A stretch of 64,000 nucleotides of DNA, from NCBI GenBank assembly GCA_045837725.1, contig JBEWZL010000235.1, positions 186,001 to 250,000 of the forward strand, read 5' to 3'. Under the pieces are notes generated by a model. It did not search any database, had not been told where the DNA came from, and was given only the letters and a program-made list of their open reading frames with translations. Of the stretch, positions 58,081-64,000 are shown one piece after another; the stretch's first letter is position 1, and each line of letters opens with the position of its first letter. A program made the position numbers and the translations under genes. The stretch is from Vermamoeba vermiformis. Lineage: Eukaryota.

Positions 58081-58874
58081 TCACTACGGTCGGTAGGCAG
58101 ATAAAAGGAAAAGAAAATTCCAACTGTTGGCTGTCAAACCAAGGTACGTGTCTCCGAATTTTATGGTCTAAAGATGGGGACTGATGCTCAGTTTGACAAA
58201 ACATGTATTCCGCTGTTCATGGCAGATTGGAAGATCCGCACCGAGGTGCGTTCACGGGAAGAAATTTGTAAATAAAATTTGGTTAATTTTTTGCATTTTC
58301 AGCCAACTATCAACGAAAAGTCAACTACTAAGCGCTGAAACCCAAGATATGGCACATATCAAATCTTTTATGGAGATTACGGGTAAGCTATTAATCGAGT
58401 TACCTGCTCGTCCAATCTGACCCGAAAAATTTTCAATTTAAACATAGTATTTCTAAAAAGGAACGTAAAAATATCAATATACTTCTACTATATTTGTTAA
58501 TTAGATAAACAAGTTGTCCAAAATTCTGCAGTTTATTAATAAACTTTTAGATTTGTTCGCCATTTGTCAACCAGTGTTTACTCAATACTCGCTATGATGC
58601 TTTAATGAATTAACCTATTAAAATATTATTGTGACGCTGATGGTGAAGTCAAAAAACGCTTTGCGTGCCATCCATCCAAGATTTACTTAAACGCAACCTA
58701 ACGCTTCTCAAGTCCAAGCTAAGTCCGATGACTCGTGCCAGGGCGCTGTTCAACATCTATAAATTCAGTTGGCCTAGATTTCATCACATTATTCATCTGA
58801 TTTTCCCGGCCATTGTCGCGCGCATCATAATTTTCTTAATTATTGGCCAAATCTTCATTATAATTCTGCAGTCG

Positions 58875-60597
58875 ATGACAACGAAAGAGAACCACTCAAC
58901 AATGATATCGAGGAATCAATGCTTCAATATCATTGGCTATTATGTCGATGTCGTGGGGTTTGTTCGGTAAGTGCCGCCGTTTCAAAAATAGATCGAAAAG
59001 ATCCGTAGCGCTTTAGAACTTTAGAAAATCTTAAGGATTACCATATAATTATCACTAAACTACATTTTCTAGTGATTATTCTTTATTTCTACTTTTTTAC
59101 AAGCGAGTTTGCTCGTTTATTGAAAAAGCAGAAAATCAGCCGCTTTGCATAAAACTGACACTAGTTCATTATTAGGCTGTGTATGTTGAACAAAGATATT
59201 AGATTCAATTTAAAGAGAGATATTCCACTATTAAAGAACGTATACCTTAAGATGTGGGACAAATACACTGGAACAGATCACATAATCAAAACTTTTAAGG
59301 ATCGGGACTGGTGGAGGGCGATTAAAAACAATGTATTTAATAGACTACAGAACCCAGTACTCAAATTTCCAGCCATTCTTGGCGAGGAGTCGGTATGTCA
59401 TTAGTTTGTGCATTATTGCAAAGACGGCAAAATTGGCGATCTGTGGTCTAATAATGATCTAATAATAGCTTTTTTTTGAATAGCAAACCTCAGAGCTTAC
59501 TAATACTACGACGGATTGCTTGAACAATACTTTCATATACTCCACATCCAGTTCGGTTGCTTGGGCAGACCAAAGCAATTACAGGGTAAGATCTACTGAC
59601 AATTTGATTCTATTTAGCGCTCTCGCTAAATTAATCATATAAATAGGGCATTCGAACCGAAAAGCCACTATTACCCTTGTTTTTGGAAGGTACGTTAGTC
59701 GATCCAAACTGAGTAATTTTCCGTACTCACAGCACGTGCACAGGTCGCGTAGGCTATTTTGAAATCATTATCCAGAAGATGGGCGAGTCCAAGTACATCA
59801 ATATAGGTTTAACTCAAAGGTAGGTACCGAACAATGGCGTTTTAGAGAGAAATTTAGATCTGTTGCTTAACTTTGCTTGATTTTAATGGTTAAATATCAA
59901 CAGAGAGTATCCGATCATCGCACGCGCTATAGGACTATATTCGGAGACATTTGCAGTCGGATACCATGGCGAGGATGGAGCGTAAGTCTATTTTTAGCGA
60001 ATTGAAACACTGTACTTTGGTGATTAATCCGCTTGATGTCAGTTTATATGAATCAAACAAGATTTGCGGACAAACCTACGGGCCTGATTGGGATGAAGGC
60101 GGAGTAAGTAGCTAACGCATTTTATCATTGCAAATCGAGATTTCCGTAATTGGATCAGCGAAGTAACGCTGTTTTTGCGTAGAGCGAAGATGGTCGGCTT
60201 GAAATTCCGACACGATAATTAATAGTCTTTATATTTAGATCATTGGCTGCTTGCTTGATTTCTTCGACTATTCAGTCTGGTTTACCATCAATGGATCTCT
60301 CCTTGAAAAGGCAGTAACCCTTTCGGAGCCCGCAAAACATCTTGTCCATATGCTCTATCCCACAGTAGCAACACGGTCGAGCGGATCTGGTAAGCTTGCT
60401 ATCCATTCCATCGCGGTGAGCACGATCTGATCCTTCTCTCAATAGTAATCAAGTTCAACTTTGGTGAAGACCCTTTCGCTTTTAACTTGCATAACTATCT
60501 CGAGGAGTCCAACATCACAGCGCACTCTAGGCCTGCTAATCAAGGCTCAACAGTGCCGCTCATGAGCCAAGCCGGACTGGTTCCGTTCATCCGTTAA
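58875..60597 (+). CDS. SPRY-domain protein with an N-terminal F-box-like motif (5' end uncertain)
   Basis: FNIIGYYVDVVGFVR|LCMLNK; SPRY motifs VGYFEIII, INIGLT, VGYHGEDG, YGPDW, IGCLLDF..VWFTING, LYPTV and FNFGEDPFAF. Confidence 0.7.
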
Positions 60598-60803
60598 TTT
60601 TCTGTTTAATGTCCCTTGTAAATGATGTATGTATTGTAAATTTGTGTACTATTTGTAGATTCGATAATGTATAGACGATTGCGACATAAAATTAAAGAGT
60701 TGTTTTCTTATTGTACTTGACTGAAAACTGAATACCCAAAATTTCAAATGATTATTCTTTCAATCCGTCCGAGCAGAGACCCACAAGAGGCACCCTAAAT
60801 TAA

Positions 60804-62711
60804 ATGAAAAGGCTGCGAGAAGAGACTGAAGCGCTATCTGTGCGTAAGAGATCAAGGCTTACGCGCAGTTCTTCGTCAGAAGAATCAGATTCGGATCTTA
60901 AAATCTTTGGGGATCTGCCCAGCGAAATATTTTTATATTTTATCGTGGCAAAATATCCGAGGGATTGGCTACGCGTCTCAAAAGAATTTTATCAATTCGC
61001 ATTTCCCTACTTGCTGACAGATCCTCGAATCAAGGCGACGAACATTAAATTCCAGGAAGTGGCAGCCAGAGGACACCTCAATGTCGTCAAACTACTACTT
61101 ACTAGTCCCAGAATAGACCCTTGCCGCACTGAATGTGCCTCCCTTCGAAGAGCATCTGCCGCAGGAAAAACTGAAGTCGTCAGATTCTTATTGCAGCTGC
61201 CTAACATGGACCCTTCTGCCGCCGAAAATCAAGCCATTAAAGAAGCGGCTAAAGGAGGACATTATGACGTGGTCAAGCTATTAATGGAAGACCCACGTGT
61301 CGATCCTGCTGATAACTTCAACGAGGCATTCAGCGGTGCAGCTCAACACGGCCACTTAGAGGTGATGAAGCTGTTGCTCGACAATCCAGATGTGGATCCA
61401 GGCGATGCACAGAACCGAGCCATTTGTTTGGCAAGCAGAAACAACCATCTCGAAGTAGTCCAGTTTTTGTTGCAAGATCCGCGCGTAGACCCCACTGTGG
61501 CAGAGCACGAACCATTCAGACTGGCAGCGTTGAACAAGCACTTTGAATTGGCCGACTTGTTGCTCCGAGATCCGCGCGTTGATCCTTCGGCGGGCGACAA
61601 CAAGACTTTACTGAAAGCAGTCAAAGAGGGTGATTTAGGCGTGGTGCAGTATTTGCTGAACATCCCTAGAGTGGTCCAATATCGCTCGCGGATGAGAGCT
61701 GTCGTCTTTGCCGCCGAACTGGGCCGCACTGATATCGTGCGAGTGTTGCTAGCGGATCCAAACTTTGGCCCTTCAACCACTGCTTTGGAGCACGCCATCA
61801 AGGGAGGACATGAAGACATCGTGAAGCTAATGCTCGCCGACAAGAGAACGAAGATAACACAGAATACTCTGGCTGAAGCTGCAGCTCTAGGCAATGCAAG
61901 GATAGTTCAGCTGCTAATCAACGACGAACGAGCAGATCCTACTGCAGTAAACGAGGAAGCTCTGTGCAAGGCAGCCAAAGAGAACCACGTTGTTACTGTA
62001 CGCGTCTTATTGAGTGGCCCCAATGCCACGTATGGGCCGTTGAGCTCCGAGGCTATCAAAGTAGCAGCTGAATATGCACGTGTTGAAGTACTCGAGACCT
62101 TGCTCGCTGACCCGCGCCCTATTGACGGAGATGTCACAGTAGCACTGCTCCTTGCGGCAGAGAAAGGTTCGTGCGAGGTTGTCAAGAGCCTCTTGCGCTG
62201 CACTCGTCTCGACCTTACTGCATGCTGCAATCAAGCGTTGATTGAAGCGGTGAAACACAACCATGTGGACATTGTAGAGCTGCTTTTGAACGACCCACGC
62301 GTTGATGCAGGCCACAACGACAACGCAGCACTATGTACAGCCGTCAGAATTGGAGGCCAAACCAGTGTGCGCATGCTGCTCGAACACCCGCGCTTGGCAC
62401 TCGGTCCGTCGCTGAACTACGCGTTGTGCCTCTCAATCACGCATAACCAGTTGGAGATCATGAAGATGTTGCTCGAAGACTCGCGATTCAACCCGTCTGA
62501 CTACGGTGATCGTGCGCTGCACACTGCGTTGAGGGACAATCGCCCCGAGGCATTCTGCATTCTGGCTGAAGATTACCGTGTGGACTACCTGAAGTGGCAG
62601 ACCTACGTGGAACGCTTTAAGAAGAGCCAAAAGAAGCTCAGCCAGCGACAGATAAGCATGTTTGTTACGGCCGTACAGCAAGTTCTCTCAACATTGCAGG
62701 ATGTGTCGTGA
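60804..62711 (+). CDS. Intronless F-box-like plus ankyrin-repeat protein (DPRVDP-type repeats)
   Basis: 635-aa single ORF with a basic NLS-like start, DLPSEIFLYFI..WLRVSKEF and about 15 repeats of A..GH.EVV.LLL.DPRVDPS. Confidence 0.85.
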   Translation: MKRLREETEALSVRKRSRLTRSSSSEESDSDLKIFGDLPSEIFLYFIVAKYPRDWLRVSKEFYQFAFPYLLTDPRIKATNIKFQEVAARGHLNVVKLLLTSPRIDPCRTECASLRRASAAGKTEVVRFLLQLPNMDPSAAENQAIKEAAKGGHYDVVKLLMEDPRVDPADNFNEAFSGAAQHGHLEVMKLLLDNPDVDPGDAQNRAICLASRNNHLEVVQFLLQDPRVDPTVAEHEPFRLAALNKHFELADLLLRDPRVDPSAGDNKTLLKAVKEGDLGVVQYLLNIPRVVQYRSRMRAVVFAAELGRTDIVRVLLADPNFGPSTTALEHAIKGGHEDIVKLMLADKRTKITQNTLAEAAALGNARIVQLLINDERADPTAVNEEALCKAAKENHVVTVRVLLSGPNATYGPLSSEAIKVAAEYARVEVLETLLADPRPIDGDVTVALLLAAEKGSCEVVKSLLRCTRLDLTACCNQALIEAVKHNHVDIVELLLNDPRVDAGHNDNAALCTAVRIGGQTSVRMLLEHPRLALGPSLNYALCLSITHNQLEIMKMLLEDSRFNPSDYGDRALHTALRDNRPEAFCILAEDYRVDYLKWQTYVERFKKSQKKLSQRQISMFVTAVQQVLSTLQDVS

Positions 62712-62939
62712 GGATCCGGAATTGTGACTTTGTAAATAGTGTAATTCTTTTGTATTCGATAAATCTATGATCCCGCAATTCCCGATCTTTGAAGGTACTT
62801 GATTATGAGCTTTCTCTGAAGAGATTCTGTCGGCAAATTATCAAATCACGCAGGAATCTCAAAAAATTTGGTGTGCAATTAAAGTTGCGCACTCCGGACC
62901 GGGAGTTCAATTTTTTCTCTTGTGTGCAAGGCAACAGCA

Positions 62940-64000
62940 ATGGCGGAAGGTTGGACTGTGTTGCCTTTTGACTTGTTTTACCGCGTTGCATTGTGGTGCG
63001 ATGCCAAATCCGTTGCGCGGGCGGGATTAGCATGTCGGACTTGGTTTGACAACTCAAATAGCCAACATATTTGGAAGGTAATGTAAACCTATTCTTTACA
63101 ATGCATTCCTCTCAAGTAAATCCGGTGTTCAATTTCCCCATCAAAATTAATTTTGAAACTAAACAAACAATTTACCAATTGCAAAAACCGTAAATATTAT
63201 ATTGCTCCGAATGATTGTCGATAGCGTAATTAATAAAAAACATTGGATGAAATTTCTAATTTTTTTATTTGGATCAGGTCATGTATGCCAACTACTTGAA
63301 TGGCGAAAAGAAGGATGCGACAGAAGAAGTAGATTGGCATCTGTTAGTAAAGAAAAAATTGGTTAATATTGAATCGAACGCTGAGAAATTACGGTGAGTT
63401 TGCTACATTCACGGGTTGTAACTCAACGACAACTAACTCCGCTTATTGATCAGGTATATAATAAGGACGTTCTCAGTGCGGGAATTCTCAAAATCAAAGC
63501 GACGAGGCTTTTCTAAAGCGTCCTTCGCTGGCAACGAGGCATTACTCAGTTACAAAGAAAACCCGTAAGTTAACGATGTCAGTGGTTAACAACGTAAAGA
63601 TGTTAATATATATTGTTTAGCGGCAATCATGTTGGTCACGAGTTAGTGGATCTGGTCACATGGCAACGAAAGCCTATGGATGCAGTCTTGAAGAACAAAG
63701 CACCCGTGTTTCTAACCAAAGATTTCATCGTCTGCTCGGTATGTTGTAGCTGCTTATGCAATTTAGTAAGCCTTGAAACTAATGAATTTATTACAAATAA
63801 AGCCTATTGACGACCAGATCGGGGAACAGCGAAATCCGTTCCTCGCGGCTTGCACCGTAGTCAACAGGCACAATAATAGGGCCGTAAATTTGAGTATACC
63901 CTTAGGTACGTTTATTTAACAATATATATACAGTTCTGATTCAGTTTCAGCTGGAATCCACGCGCTATTACCCAGTTTTGGTCCGTCTTCGAATATGATT
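62940..64000 (+). CDS. F-box protein (partial; runs off the window end)
   Basis: MAEGWTVLPFDLFYRVALWCDAKSVARAGLACRTWFDNSNSQHIWK|VMYANYL...DWHLL, followed by several short exons. Confidence 0.7.

Noticed and set aside
58174-58860. Short exon-like segments upstream of the SPRY gene
   Set aside because: I could not splice them into a consistent open frame; they may be 5'UTR or unresolved exons.

Overview
This is gene-dense eukaryotic nuclear DNA with about 28 protein-coding genes. Most carry many short GT-AG introns (about 45-180 nt) with CTAAC/CTGAC-type branch points, and many are paired head-to-head across 120-230 bp. The gene set (DRP5/Dlp-type dynamin, ankyrin-SAM-TKL kinase, family-2-like GPCR, Crinkler-type NTPase-REase) suggests a free-living protist, most likely an amoebozoan; this is an inference. 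Housekeeping genes recognised: COMMD5, GPN3, PDK1, Rab8, an NAD-IDH regulatory subunit, NUDT5, SMARCC/SWI3, WDR6, CHD1, ACTR10 and USB1. The most unusual observations are: (1) a GPCR whose ectodomain resembles an LPMO/BIM1-like fold lacking the His-brace; (2) an intron-containing, NLS-bearing MSMEG_6728/T4-endoV-like DNA glycosylase; (3) a mitochondrion-targeted EF-P with Met at the normally modified tip; (4) an apparent GA-AG intron in a bacterial-type ROK fructokinase; (5) a roughly 0.9 kb hairpin-dense non-coding region; (6) an 892-bp TIR element with an 8-bp target-site duplication and a captured intron-bearing fragment; (7) a meiotic RNF212/Zip3-like gene; (8) a cluster of F-box genes. 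Gene models were spliced by eye and family calls come from recalled motifs, not database searches. CDS coordinates are first-to-last coding base including introns.
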